DNA of 64,000 nt from an uncultured SAR86 cluster bacterium (GCA_902596165.1 CACJSU010000001.1:65718-129717), one strand, 5' to 3'; shown: positions 54,746-63,924, numbered from the stretch's first letter. Notes: generated by a model not told the origin, from the sequence alone. Program-made: numbers and translations.

Positions 54746-55765
54746 TTAATTTAAATACTCTAGTTTGAGTTGGTTAGTTTCAGCATTATATTCTTTAATT
54801 AAAAATTTAGTGCTGCCTCTAAGCTCCTTCATCAACGAATCTTTTGTTTGAAATAATTGAGTTATGTAGTCAATTTTTGTTCGTTCAAAAGCATGAAAAG
54901 ACCTCGATTTAATTGCAAAAATTTTATCCAACTCAGATTCAACTGATTGAAAGTCTGTAAAATTATTTAGCCCCTGAATCGTGACCATCACCCTTTCGCC
55001 CGATGCACCAGGCTCAAGTGGCTTTACCTCAAGAAAATTATCCAAGAACGCATGAACAGAATTTTGAAAAAATGCTTTTACTTCCTTCTCCTGAATGGGA
55101 GAGAGAGTTGCAAGATCTCCGTTTACTGACCATTGATTGATGCCAATTCTTACCAATTCAATTTCTAAAAATGCATCATTGTAAAATTTCTCCTGAATAT
55201 AATCCGATGGTGAGAAAAGTATATTGACTTGATTAAGCAAATTTTGATCTTCTAAATCAAATTCAGGCAACTCTAGGTAGACTCCTCTCTCAAGAGCTAT
55301 ATTTTGAAAAATTTGTTTAATTTCTAAAGACAGCTTATCGCTTGATTCGTAACTTCCTAGATAAAGAGGCGCTGACTCGCCGGTATCAATTTTCAACAAG
55401 ATCAGAATGACAGGCCGATTGAAGCCTATCAACGGAGTACCTATTCTTCGTAGTTCAGGGATTAATGCTTCACTGTTAAATTTAACAGTTAAAAATTCTC
55501 GATCTTCGATTATCTCTGTTGAATAAGAAGAAACAAATTCAATCTTATTAAGTTTGGCATCACCGATTCTCCAAAGAAACTTTTTGCTTCTAGAGCCTGA
55601 TAATTTTTGAATCAATTGATTAAATGCTTTATTTAATCCGTCGTTAGTATTGGTATACTGGTCTTCAGGAATCTTAACTTCAAACAATGTTGGCAACTCT
55701 TTACTTAAAGCAGTGTTAACCATTAAAAAATTTAGTAGAAGTAAGATTTTAATTTTTTTAATCAT
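54746..55765 (-). CDS. secreted protein, DUF2066-like, divergent from purM
   Basis: 339 aa with a signal peptide. As I recall, a DUF2066 gene sits between purM and hda in Pseudomonas. No catalytic motif is recognised. Confidence 0.45.
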   Translation of the reverse strand: MIKKIKILLLLNFLMVNTALSKELPTLFEVKIPEDQYTNTNDGLNKAFNQLIQKLSGSRSKKFLWRIGDAKLNKIEFVSSYSTEIIEDREFLTVKFNSEALIPELRRIGTPLIGFNRPVILILLKIDTGESAPLYLGSYESSDKLSLEIKQIFQNIALERGVYLELPEFDLEDQNLLNQVNILFSPSDYIQEKFYNDAFLEIELVRIGINQWSVNGDLATLSPIQEKEVKAFFQNSVHAFLDNFLEVKPLEPGASGERVMVTIQGLNNFTDFQSVESELDKIFAIKSRSFHAFERTKIDYITQLFQTKDSLMKELRGSTKFLIKEYNAETNQLKLEYLN

Positions 55766-55780
55766 ATTTTTTTATTGTAA

Positions 55781-56800
55781 ATGACTAGCAAAACAAAACC
55801 TACAGATCCTTATGCCAAGGCGGGTGTAAATATCGAAAAAGGCAATGAATTAGTTAATTCGATTAAAACAAGTATTAACAAGACTCATGATCGAAGAGTT
55901 TTAGGTGGAATTGGAGGTTTTGCTGGTCTTTTTCAACTTGGATCTAAATACAAAAATCCTGTTTTAGTAGGTTGCACAGATGGAGTTGGAACCAAGGTGG
56001 CTCTTAGCCAAGCTCACAATAAAACTCACCTTATTGGACAAGACCTAGTTGCAATGTGTGTTAATGACATGGTTACTTGTGGTGCTGAACCATTATTTTT
56101 TTTGGATTACTTTGCCGCATCAAAACTTGAACCTAAATCTACAGCAAAAATTGTTAAAGGCATTGCTAAAGCATGCAAAAAAAGTAATTGCGCTCTCCTT
56201 GGCGGCGAAACAGCCGAAATGCCAGGTCATTATGCAAAAAATAATTTTGACTTAGCTGGATTTTCAGTTGGCGTTGTTGAAAAAAATAATGTAATTGATG
56301 GCAGAAAAATAAAACCTGGTCACATTTTATTGGGTGTGGAGTCCAGCGGACCTCATTCAAATGGGTACTCATTAATACGCTCTATACTTAAAAAACACAA
56401 AGCTCCTGAGAAAATATTGCAGGTTTTGCTCAAGCCAACACATTTATATCCTGCGTCTGTTTTAGAACTAATCAAAAAAACCAATGTCAAAGGTATGGCA
56501 CATATTACTGGAGGCGGTTTGACAGAAAATATTCCTCGTATTCTAAAAAAAGGTTTAGTTGCAAATGTGGATCTTACTGCATGGAAATTTCCTAAAGCTT
56601 TTTTATGGTTGCAAGAAAAAGGAAAAATTTCCACATTAGATATGCTAAGAATTTTTAATTGTGGGATTGGGATGGTTTGTATTTTAGACAAAGAAGAAAT
56701 TTCAAAAGCGCAAAAAATTTTTTCCGCTCATAAACTTCGGACCTTTGAAATTGGCACAATAACAAAGGGCAGTCTTCAAGAACAAATTCAATACAGTTAG
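55781..56800 (+). CDS. purM: phosphoribosylformylglycinamidine cyclo-ligase (AIR synthetase)
   Basis: 339 aa, with DGVGTK, GQDLVAMCVNDM and GGETAEMPG. Confidence 0.96.
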   Translation: MTSKTKPTDPYAKAGVNIEKGNELVNSIKTSINKTHDRRVLGGIGGFAGLFQLGSKYKNPVLVGCTDGVGTKVALSQAHNKTHLIGQDLVAMCVNDMVTCGAEPLFFLDYFAASKLEPKSTAKIVKGIAKACKKSNCALLGGETAEMPGHYAKNNFDLAGFSVGVVEKNNVIDGRKIKPGHILLGVESSGPHSNGYSLIRSILKKHKAPEKILQVLLKPTHLYPASVLELIKKTNVKGMAHITGGGLTENIPRILKKGLVANVDLTAWKFPKAFLWLQEKGKISTLDMLRIFNCGIGMVCILDKEEISKAQKIFSAHKLRTFEIGTITKGSLQEQIQYS

Positions 56801-56802
56801 TC

Positions 56803-57450
56803 ATGAAAAAAATAATTGTTCTGATATCAGGAGGCGGTTCAAATCTAGAGGCCATAGCCAAAGCATGCCAAACTGGAAATATACCTGCATCTATTGAGTT
56901 GGTAATTTCTAATCAATCTAATGTCAAAGGATTAGACAGAGCTAAAAAGTTTCATTTGATGAGCAAAGTTATTGAGCATCAAGATTTCAATTCAAGAGAA
57001 GAATTTGATCAAGCTTTATTAGAGCACATTCTCCCCATAGAACCGGACCTTGTCGTGCTTGCTGGATTTATGCGTATTCTATCGAATGATTTTACTGATG
57101 CTCTTAAGGGAAAATTAATCAATATTCATCCTTCTTTGTTACCCGAATACCCTGGATTAAATACTCACAAACAAGCTATTGAAAATGGAGATTTAATGCA
57201 TGGTATATCAGTGCATTATGTGAATAATGAGCTGGATGGAGGGCCCATTATAGCGCAAGGGGCTTTAAAAATAGATCCAGCTGAATCAGAGGCTAAATTA
57301 ACCAATCGAATTCATAAGATTGAGCATGCCGTGTATCCAAAAGTCATAGCAGACATAGCCAAAGGATTCATTAGCCTTCAAGGCGATGAAGTGAAATTCG
57401 AGACTGAAAGTCACTTTGGACCAAATCACATGGAGTTCTTTAATGTATAA
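56803..57450 (+). CDS. purN: phosphoribosylglycinamide formyltransferase
   Basis: 215 aa, with LISGGGSNLEA, NIHPSLLP and VHYVNNELDGGPII. Confidence 0.95.
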   Translation: MKKIIVLISGGGSNLEAIAKACQTGNIPASIELVISNQSNVKGLDRAKKFHLMSKVIEHQDFNSREEFDQALLEHILPIEPDLVVLAGFMRILSNDFTDALKGKLINIHPSLLPEYPGLNTHKQAIENGDLMHGISVHYVNNELDGGPIIAQGALKIDPAESEAKLTNRIHKIEHAVYPKVIADIAKGFISLQGDEVKFETESHFGPNHMEFFNV

Positions 57451-58123
57451 ATTGCTTGGGTTATTTTTTGTTTTAATTTCTTTTGATCTTTCATCCCAAG
57501 ATATTCCTGACTATAAAGGAGAATATGTTTTTACTAATTCTCGGATCTCCATGCAAGGAATTAGAGAACTCATTTCTCACAAAGAAGATGGAAAAAGAAC
57601 TATTCAATTCAATGCTAAATTTCCACTTGGAAAAATCAAAATCATTTCAGATTTTACGGAAATAAATAATCTGATGACCTCCACCAAATATTATGTGGAT
57701 GTTAAATGGACACTAATATCTGACAAAAGAACACTAGATTTTGATCAGAATACTGGGACCTTAACATCGAAAGGAAAATATGAATGGGTTCAAAACTTAT
57801 TGAAAGATGAAAACGTATTTGATCCTTTGAATGTTCAAATTCAAATCAGAAAAAATGTTATTGCTGGTCTCAAAGAGTTTTCATTGATGCTTCCTGATTT
57901 AAAAACAGGAGCAATTGAAGCAAACAATTATAAGGTTGTTGATAATGGAAGTTTTGAAGTTGATGGCACTATATATTCATGCATTATAGTTGAAAGGATT
58001 AGACTGCAAGATGATAGAACCACTCGATACTTTTTAGCCCCTGAACTTGATCATTTGATAATAAAAGTTGAAGACGAAGATCAAGATGGAGATACCATGC
58101 TTGAACTGAAGAAGCTTTATTAA
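57443..58123 (+). CDS. secreted protein, DUF3108-like, downstream of purN
   Basis: Signal peptide [19 protein letters not shown]. The ATG at 57443 overlaps the purN stop. The family call is by size, beta-rich composition and the conserved position after purN. Confidence 0.45.
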   Translation: MYKLLGLFFVLISFDLSSQDIPDYKGEYVFTNSRISMQGIRELISHKEDGKRTIQFNAKFPLGKIKIISDFTEINNLMTSTKYYVDVKWTLISDKRTLDFDQNTGTLTSKGKYEWVQNLLKDENVFDPLNVQIQIRKNVIAGLKEFSLMLPDLKTGAIEANNYKVVDNGSFEVDGTIYSCIIVERIRLQDDRTTRYFLAPELDHLIIKVEDEDQDGDTMLELKKLY

Positions 58124-58689
58124 GTTTTTGGGAGGGTCACTCCTGTTTGCCCTTGATATTTTCCGCCTCTATCTTTGTAACTAACTTCACAATCCTCATC
58201 AGATTCAAAGAAAATCATCTGAGCGACACCTTCACCGGCATATATTTTTGCTGGTAAATTGGTGGTGTTTGAAAACTCCAGGGTTACATGCCCTTCCCAC
58301 TCTGGCTCTAACGGAGTAACATTAACAATGATACCGCATCTTGCATATGTTGATTTGCCAAGACAAATAGTTAATACATTTCTTGGGATTCGAAAATATT
58401 CAACTGTTCTAGCTAACGCAAAAGAATTAGGTGGAATAACGCATACATCTGAAGTTATATCGACAAAGCTATTGTCATCAAAAACCTTGGGATCAACGGT
58501 TGCGGAATGAATATTTGTAAAAACTTTAAACTCATTGGCGCAGCGCACGTCATAGCCAAAACTTGAAACGCCATACGAAATGAGTTTTTCTCCATTTTCA
58601 TCAACCCGCACCTGATTCTCAGAAAAAGGTTCAATCATTCCTTCTGATTCAGCCATTCGTTTAATCCATACATCTGGTTTAATAGACAT
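58120..58689 (-). CDS. dcd: dCTP deaminase
   Basis: 189 aa, with [18 protein letters not shown] and [14 protein letters not shown]. Confidence 0.95.
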   Translation of the reverse strand: MSIKPDVWIKRMAESEGMIEPFSENQVRVDENGEKLISYGVSSFGYDVRCANEFKVFTNIHSATVDPKVFDDNSFVDITSDVCVIPPNSFALARTVEYFRIPRNVLTICLGKSTYARCGIIVNVTPLEPEWEGHVTLEFSNTTNLPAKIYAGEGVAQMIFFESDEDCEVSYKDRGGKYQGQTGVTLPKT

Positions 58690-59276
58690 TAAATTTCAAT
58701 CCTCCCTTGGATAGCTCGCGCAATAGTGTTGCCGTCGACATACTCTAACTCTCCTCCAATAGGAATGCCATAGGAAATTCTTGAAACTTTTACACTTTCA
58801 AGATGATCATTAATAAAGGATGCTGTTGCATCACCTTCAACAGTTGAACTAGTTGCAAGAATTACTTCCTCAATCTTTGCTCCCTGTATGTGACGCAGTA
58901 AATCTGGGATTCCGAGATCATCAGGCGACACTCCATCGATCGGCGAGAGGCGTCCCATTAAAACAAAATATTTACCTTTAAAACCTCCGGTTGATTCGAT
59001 AGCCAAAACATCTGAAGGGCTCTCAACAACACAAAGACTATAAGCATCTCGTGACTCGTCACTACAAATCCTGCATATTGGCTCTGATGTCAGCTGCCGG
59101 CAAACTTCGCATCGCTGAATGGCATCCAAACATTCCTCTAGCGTTTGAGCTAAATGCAAAGCCCCATCTTTATTTTTATCAAGTAAGAATAGCGCCATGC
59201 GTTGAGCAGACTTCTTACCAACTCCAGGTAAAATAGTTAAAGCTTCAATTAGCTCATATAACAAATCTTTACTCAC
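58689..59276 (-). CDS. recR: recombination protein RecR
   Basis: HhH start ([13 protein letters not shown]), a C4 zinc finger ([16 protein letters not shown]) and a Toprim domain ([12 protein letters not shown]). Confidence 0.95.
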   Translation of the reverse strand: MSKDLLYELIEALTILPGVGKKSAQRMALFLLDKNKDGALHLAQTLEECLDAIQRCEVCRQLTSEPICRICSDESRDAYSLCVVESPSDVLAIESTGGFKGKYFVLMGRLSPIDGVSPDDLGIPDLLRHIQGAKIEEVILATSSTVEGDATASFINDHLESVKVSRISYGIPIGGELEYVDGNTIARAIQGRIEI

Positions 59277-60904
59277 GGGCTCACCTTCTTAATAGAGTCA
59301 TCAATAATTTTTCCGTCAAATGAATCCAGAATGTCTTTAACAGCAGCATTCTCTAATAAAGCATCCTTATCCTGATTGAGCTGGTCCTGAGCTCTCTCAA
59401 CCTCAACGGCTGCTGGAGAAGCTAGGACCTCTCCACTTTCTATTATTAATGATATTTTATGACCCAAATGTGTTGAAATTTCCTCTAAAAATTCTGTTTT
59501 TAATCCCTCAGTTGGGTTGATGAGCTCGTCTGATTTTTTTAAGGTCAAAGTGTTATCTGCAAAACTAACAAACTCAAACTCCGAAAAAACCTGGCTCACG
59601 AACATAGATAAGTTTAATGAATTGAATATTGAGTTCCAACTAAGCATATCAAGCTCAGATGGCATGGAGGACTCCTCAGCATCCAACTTCACTGAAGCCT
59701 CCACAACAGGAGGCACTTCTTTAGGTTCAGTTGTTTGAATCTCAGTTACTTCAGCCAAATTTTCTTTTGGTGTAGTAGGCTTGGCTGCTAATTCAGGATT
59801 TTTTTTTTCTATTTTTGGGGCTGCTCCCTCTGAAATAGGTTGAAAGGCAAGCATACGCAAAATACATAATTCAAGAGCTTGCTTGGGATGGGGATGAACA
59901 TGAAACTTGTTTAAAGCATTCAAAGCAATTTCATAATGCAATTGGGTGACCTGAGGATCAATGCTTTCTGCTAATTGCATGATGCCCGCATCTTCGCTGT
60001 TTTGAAGCTGTTGATGTATTGAAATTTTATGAAATACTGAAATTATAATCTTTAAGACTTGTTCATATTCAACATTAAGTTCAGTGATTTTATTTAAAGT
60101 TAGGTAGGCTCCATCGCCATCAGAGGCAGCAACATTTTTAACAAGCTCAATAATGTAGGATTGATCAATCGTTCCTAATAATGCTTTTACCTGATCTGCT
60201 TCAAGCACTCCATTTCCATGTGCGATAGCTTGATCTAAAAGTGTTAATCCATCACGAATTGATCCTTGAGCAGAACTTGCAATCAAAACCAAAGACTCCT
60301 CATCATATTTAATATTCTCTAAATCTAACAAAGATTGAATATGATCACGAATTTGATTTTCTGGAATAGTCTTAAGATTCAATTGCAGACAGCGAGATAA
60401 AACGGTCTTGGGAACTTTCTCTACCTCCGTTGTAGCCATCAAAAACATTACATGAGGTGGCGGTTCTTCTAATGTTTTTAACAAAGCATTAAAGCTGCTT
60501 TTGGATAACATATGCACCTCATCAATGAGATAGATTTTGTACCTAGCATTTGCGGGTTTGTATTGAACAGACTCTAACAGCTCCCTCATATCATCTACAC
60601 CGGTTCTAGATGCAGCATCAACTTCTAAAAATTCTATGTGGCGGCCTGCTTTAATTTCTAAACAAGCACTACATTCATTGCAGGGTTCTACTTGGGGCAT
60701 GTCCCCTTTTTGGCAGTTAAGACATTTAGCAAAAACCCTAGCAATTGTTGTTTTTCCAACCCCTCGAGTACCGCTAAACATATAGGCTTGATGAAGTTTG
60801 TTGTGCTGAATGCTATTTTCTAAAGCCGTTAAAATATGCTGCTGACCAACTACTTCAGAGAAGGTAGAGGGTCGGTATTTTCTCGCTAAAACCTGGTATG
60901 ACAT
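59273..60904 (-). CDS. dnaX: DNA polymerase III subunit tau (and possibly gamma)
   Basis: 543 aa, with Walker A (GTRGVGKTT), a zinc module (CNECSAC), DEVHMLS and the SRC motif (VLSRC). Confidence 0.95.
   Translation of the reverse strand: MSYQVLARKYRPSTFSEVVGQQHILTALENSIQHNKLHQAYMFSGTRGVGKTTIARVFAKCLNCQKGDMPQVEPCNECSACLEIKAGRHIEFLEVDAASRTGVDDMRELLESVQYKPANARYKIYLIDEVHMLSKSSFNALLKTLEEPPPHVMFLMATTEVEKVPKTVLSRCLQLNLKTIPENQIRDHIQSLLDLENIKYDEESLVLIASSAQGSIRDGLTLLDQAIAHGNGVLEADQVKALLGTIDQSYIIELVKNVAASDGDGAYLTLNKITELNVEYEQVLKIIISVFHKISIHQQLQNSEDAGIMQLAESIDPQVTQLHYEIALNALNKFHVHPHPKQALELCILRMLAFQPISEGAAPKIEKKNPELAAKPTTPKENLAEVTEIQTTEPKEVPPVVEASVKLDAEESSMPSELDMLSWNSIFNSLNLSMFVSQVFSEFEFVSFADNTLTLKKSDELINPTEGLKTEFLEEISTHLGHKISLIIESGEVLASPAAVEVERAQDQLNQDKDALLENAAVKDILDSFDGKIIDDSIKKVSP
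59798..59809 (-). other. A10 homopolymer (GAAAAAAAAAAT on the coding strand) inside dnaX; candidate slippage/frameshift site
   Basis: The plus-strand T10 lies at 59799-59808. The zero frame reads GAA AAA AAA AAT CCT GAA TTA G. The -1 frame reads AAA TCC TGA and the +1 frame reads ATC CTG AAT TAG. Confidence 0.5.
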
Positions 60905-60928
60905 AGGAGTAAATCATACCATGTGATT

Positions 60929-61369
60929 TTATAAAATCCGCTCAATAATTTGAGTACTAAATCCCCGATTGAAAAGAAATTGTTTTTGCTTCATCTTTGA
61001 TTTGTAATCAGTCGGCTTTATGCCTTTAAATTTCTTTTTTAGTTCATTTTCCGCATTTTCGGCCCAACTTTCATAGGCTTCAATGGCATTGCCAATGAGC
61101 ATTGAATCAACCTTTTTTGAATACAATTCCATTTCTATTTTTTTTGGTCCAAAACCTTTTCTAGCTCTTGCGTTAAGGTACATTTCCACAAATCGCTCAT
61201 CATCAAGAATATTATTTAAGACAAGTTTATCGAGTGCTTCTTCGATGATAGGTATCGTTTCAGGAAATCGTTTTTTGAGCTTTTGCCTAAGTTCATGACG
61301 AGAATGCTCTCGCCTCGAAACTAAATCCAGAGCTTTGTTATATACAACCGTGAAAGCTTCAGAGGTCAT
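60929..61369 (-). CDS. recX: RecA regulator RecX
   Basis: 146 aa. SRREHSRHELRQKL, ILDDERFVEMYLNARARKGFGPKKIEMEL and QFLFNRGF parallel E. coli RecX repeats. Confidence 0.8.
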   Translation of the reverse strand: MTSEAFTVVYNKALDLVSRREHSRHELRQKLKKRFPETIPIIEEALDKLVLNNILDDERFVEMYLNARARKGFGPKKIEMELYSKKVDSMLIGNAIEAYESWAENAENELKKKFKGIKPTDYKSKMKQKQFLFNRGFSTQIIERIL

Positions 61370-61830
61370 TGCAAAGGCATGACCCTAGACTTGCCTTTGT
61401 TTTTTATAATTTTAACTCTTTGCCCAACATCAAAACTGTAATCTCCTTCTTCTTGAATAATGGAAACTGTTTTGCCTGAATCTAAGTCCAGCAACAGCTC
61501 AATAGCTGGTTTCCTGGTTGCAGCATCTCCCATTTTTGAACCTACTGCGGAGCCTACTAAGGCACCCAAAACTCCTGCAATATCCGACTCAGTCTCAGAG
61601 TCAGTTACTGAAGCTCCTGCAACTCCGCCAATGATTGCTCCAGCCACAGCACCAGTTTCACCATCTCCGGATAATATAACTCGATCAACTGAAACAACCG
61701 TAGCAAAAATTACTGTTTGCATTCTTTGCGCATCAGAGCGATCAACCACCTCGGGTCGCAATGAACTATAGGAACAACTCACCATAAGCATGGCAAAAAG
61801 AATACTAAAAATATTTTTAGATGCTGTCAT
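61366..61830 (-). CDS. glycine-zipper outer-membrane lipoprotein (SlyB / 17-kDa antigen-like)
   Basis: Lipobox LMVSCS and a Gly-zipper (GAVAGAIIGGVAGASV...GVLGALVGSAVGSKMG). The start is taken at the ATG at 61830, not the listed 61875. Confidence 0.65.
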   Translation of the reverse strand: MTASKNIFSILFAMLMVSCSYSSLRPEVVDRSDAQRMQTVIFATVVSVDRVILSGDGETGAVAGAIIGGVAGASVTDSETESDIAGVLGALVGSAVGSKMGDAATRKPAIELLLDLDSGKTVSIIQEEGDYSFDVGQRVKIIKNKGKSRVMPLQ

Positions 61831-62242
61831 TATCTTTGGCCTCCTGTTTAAAATTCTTCTCAAGCTCATCTGCAATTAAATAATAGGTTTTACCTTTGTA
61901 AAAACCATTAAGAAGTTTTACTTCATAGATTGAGCCGTTAAATTTAGATGCAAGTATCTCTATGCTTTCATTTTTTTTCAAACGAACAAGGTTTCTTCCA
62001 TCAACCATAGAAAAAGTATCCCAAGTTTGAAATTTTCTACTTCTATGTGTGTGGTATGCATCACTGGATAAAAAATATACAACTTGCCCACTACCAAACG
62101 ATGAGCTTGGAGAGCCATTTTTAACTAGCTGCCAAACTGTGCCCGTGAGATCTGGTGCAGAGTCATCAGCTGTTTCTGCTAAAAGAGCAGGTGTCGCGAT
62201 AACAAAGCTGAAAATAAGAAAATATTTTTTTAAATCTTTCAT
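61817..62242 (-). CDS. secreted protein of unknown function
   Basis: 141 aa with signal peptide MKDLKKYFLIFSFVIATPALLA. No motif is recognised. It is the first gene of an overlapping three-gene string ending in recX. Confidence 0.5.
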   Translation of the reverse strand: MKDLKKYFLIFSFVIATPALLAETADDSAPDLTGTVWQLVKNGSPSSSFGSGQVVYFLSSDAYHTHRSRKFQTWDTFSMVDGRNLVRLKKNESIEILASKFNGSIYEVKLLNGFYKGKTYYLIADELEKNFKQEAKDNDSI

Positions 62243-62282
62243 ACTAATTTTGACCTTAAATTATAAAAAAAGTTCATCCACT

Positions 62283-62666
62283 TTAGACAAGATAAACATA
62301 TATACCATATATACTCATCCCCATCATTAATACCCATGAGCCCAGTGCCCCCACAACTCGATAAGGAGTGCTCTCTCTCGAAATTGTAATGCCATAAGCA
62401 TGTAAAATTCTGCAAAGAAAAAATGTAGATCCAATCAAATGCAATTTCCAATCTACCACTCCTTGCATTTCTAGCAACAATAAAAGGATTAATGCAATGG
62501 GCGCATGCTCCATTAAATTTCCATGAGCTCGCATGGATTGGAGCAACTCTGAAGAACCGCCGTCTCCTAGCATTGTTTTGGTTTTTCCTCTTATGACCCC
62601 ATTTCTAAGTGCTAAAAAAATGGCAAAAATTGTAATCAAGGATGTATATAAAAGCGTTATTTCCAT
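62283..62666 (-). CDS. yecN: MAPEG family inner-membrane protein (YecN-like)
   Basis: 127 aa. GDGGSSELLQSMRAHGNLMEHAPIALILLLLLEM parallels E. coli YecN (GDGGFSELQSAIRIHGNAVEYIPIAIVLMLFMEM). Confidence 0.75.
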   Translation of the reverse strand: MEITLLYTSLITIFAIFLALRNGVIRGKTKTMLGDGGSSELLQSMRAHGNLMEHAPIALILLLLLEMQGVVDWKLHLIGSTFFLCRILHAYGITISRESTPYRVVGALGSWVLMMGMSIYGIYVYLV

Positions 62667-62775
62667 AAATAAATTGGTTAAGTTAAATAATGTTTACTCA
62701 GTTTAGTTTAATCGCATAGAGCAAAAGATTGGAGTATTTATTAAAAAAAAATTCTTCATCTATTAGAATAGAAGC

Positions 62776-63336
62776 ATGGATGCAATGACCAATCTCCTAA
62801 CGCGAAATTCTCCTCGCGAATTAACCACTCCTATTCCTTCAAAGGATGAGATGCATGAAATATATCAAGCAGCACTTCGAGCTCCCGATCATGCCTGGCT
62901 GAGACCATCTCGTTTTATTGAAGTTACTGGAGAAGGTTTAAATAAGCTGTCTGAAATTTTCACAGAATTTGCTTCAAAGGAATTAAAAGATGTTACACCC
63001 TTACAAATGGAAAAATATCAGTCTGCACCATTCAGAGCGCCAATGATCATTATTCTTACAACAAAAATCACCGAACATCCCAAGGTTCCTAAAGTTGAGC
63101 AAATGTTATCGACTGCAACAGCAGCAGAGAATATTCTTTTGGCATTGCATGCGAAAAACTATGCTGGAATTTGGCGGACTGGTAAATTTGCCTTCAACAA
63201 AAAAATAGCTGAGTACTTAGATTTAACCTCTGATCATGAGGTAATTGGATATTTATATGTTGGCACTCCTACTGGCACCAGTAAAAAAATACCCGAGCTA
63301 GATGTTGAAAACTTTGTCACTTGCTGGGACGAATAA
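62776..63336 (+). CDS. ydjA: NAD(P)H nitroreductase, YdjA-like
   Basis: 186 aa. RAPDHAWLRPSRF, APFRAPMIIILT, GIWRTG and IGYLYVGTP parallel E. coli YdjA. Confidence 0.8.
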   Translation: MDAMTNLLTRNSPRELTTPIPSKDEMHEIYQAALRAPDHAWLRPSRFIEVTGEGLNKLSEIFTEFASKELKDVTPLQMEKYQSAPFRAPMIIILTTKITEHPKVPKVEQMLSTATAAENILLALHAKNYAGIWRTGKFAFNKKIAEYLDLTSDHEVIGYLYVGTPTGTSKKIPELDVENFVTCWDE

Positions 63337-63351
63337 ATTCTTCAATATTTT

Positions 63352-63380
63352 CCTTGAATTTTTCTTAAAAGCACCTAAAT
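63352..63380 (+). promoter_or_regulatory. sigma32-type heat-shock promoter of ibpA
   Basis: CCTTGAA (63352-63358), N13, CACCTAAAT (63372-63380). Its architecture and spacer end (AAAAG-CACC) closely resemble the htpG promoter in this window. Confidence 0.5.
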
Positions 63381-63387
63381 AAAAGAT

Positions 63388-63467
63388 GTAGATGCCATTT
63401 GGGTCTACGTATATTAACCGCATATGCCAATTGGATATGCACATTTAGTCGCTACTAAGGAGGACTA
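63388..63467 (+). promoter_or_regulatory. ROSE-like three-hairpin 5' leader (candidate RNA thermometer) of ibpA
   Basis: Hairpin 1 at 63388-63408 (GUAGAU-G-CC AUUU GG GUCUAC). Hairpin 2 at 63420-63440 (GCAUAU-G-CC AAUU GG AUAUGC). Hairpin 3 at 63446-63467 (UAGUC-G-CU ... AG GACUA). Each has a bulged G on the 5' side. Hairpin 3 contains UCGCU, the ROSE motif U(U/C)GCU, opposite the 3' half of the SD AAGGAGG. Confidence 0.45.
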
Positions 63468-63471
63468 TATT

Positions 63472-63924
63472 ATGGTACTTAATTTTACCGATCCGTTCCT
63501 AACAACTCGCGTGTTAGGGTTTGAAAGCCTGTTTGATAGATTGCAGAGATTCTCTGAAACCACAGAAAGATCTTCAAGCTATCCTCCATATAACATCAGG
63601 AGAGATCAAAATAAGATCTTTATTGATGTTGCCGTTGCTGGTCTCGCAAAAGAAGACCTCAACATTGAGTTGGCAGAAGGCGTATTAACCATTGAGCACA
63701 AGGGCCCAAAAGCTGAATTGCTGAATGGAGAGAATGAGGTTGTCTATCAAGGCATAGCTCAAAGAGCATTCAAGCAGCAATTTACTTTGGCTGAAAACGT
63801 CGAAGTTCATGGCGCTGAATTAGTCAATGGAATGTTAACTCTCGAATTAGAGAAGATCATTCCAGATGCTCAAAAGCCACGCATGATTGACATTAAAGCT
63901 CCCAAAATTTTAGGCAGCAAATAA
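63472..63924 (+). CDS. ibpA: small heat-shock protein (Hsp20 / IbpA family)
   Basis: 150 aa from the ATG at 63472, 8 nt after the AAGGAGG SD. It has an alpha-crystallin domain (YPPYNIRRDQNKIFIDVAVAGLAKEDLNIEL...GVLTIE...ELVNGMLTLEL). Confidence 0.88.
   Translation: MVLNFTDPFLTTRVLGFESLFDRLQRFSETTERSSSYPPYNIRRDQNKIFIDVAVAGLAKEDLNIELAEGVLTIEHKGPKAELLNGENEVVYQGIAQRAFKQQFTLAENVEVHGAELVNGMLTLELEKIIPDAQKPRMIDIKAPKILGSK

Noticed and set aside
61460-61771. A 103-aa plus-strand ORF opposite the glycine-zipper lipoprotein gene.
   Set aside because: The Ala/Pro/Thr/Ser-rich product is the reverse-strand image of a Gly/Ala-rich zipper. The lipoprotein reading has a lipobox and the zipper motif.
63424-63471. 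A 16-codon N-terminal extension of ibpA in the ORF track.
   Set aside because: The upstream ATG has no SD and sits inside predicted leader hairpin 2. The ATG at 63472 follows AAGGAGG at ideal spacing and gives a normal Hsp20 N-terminus.
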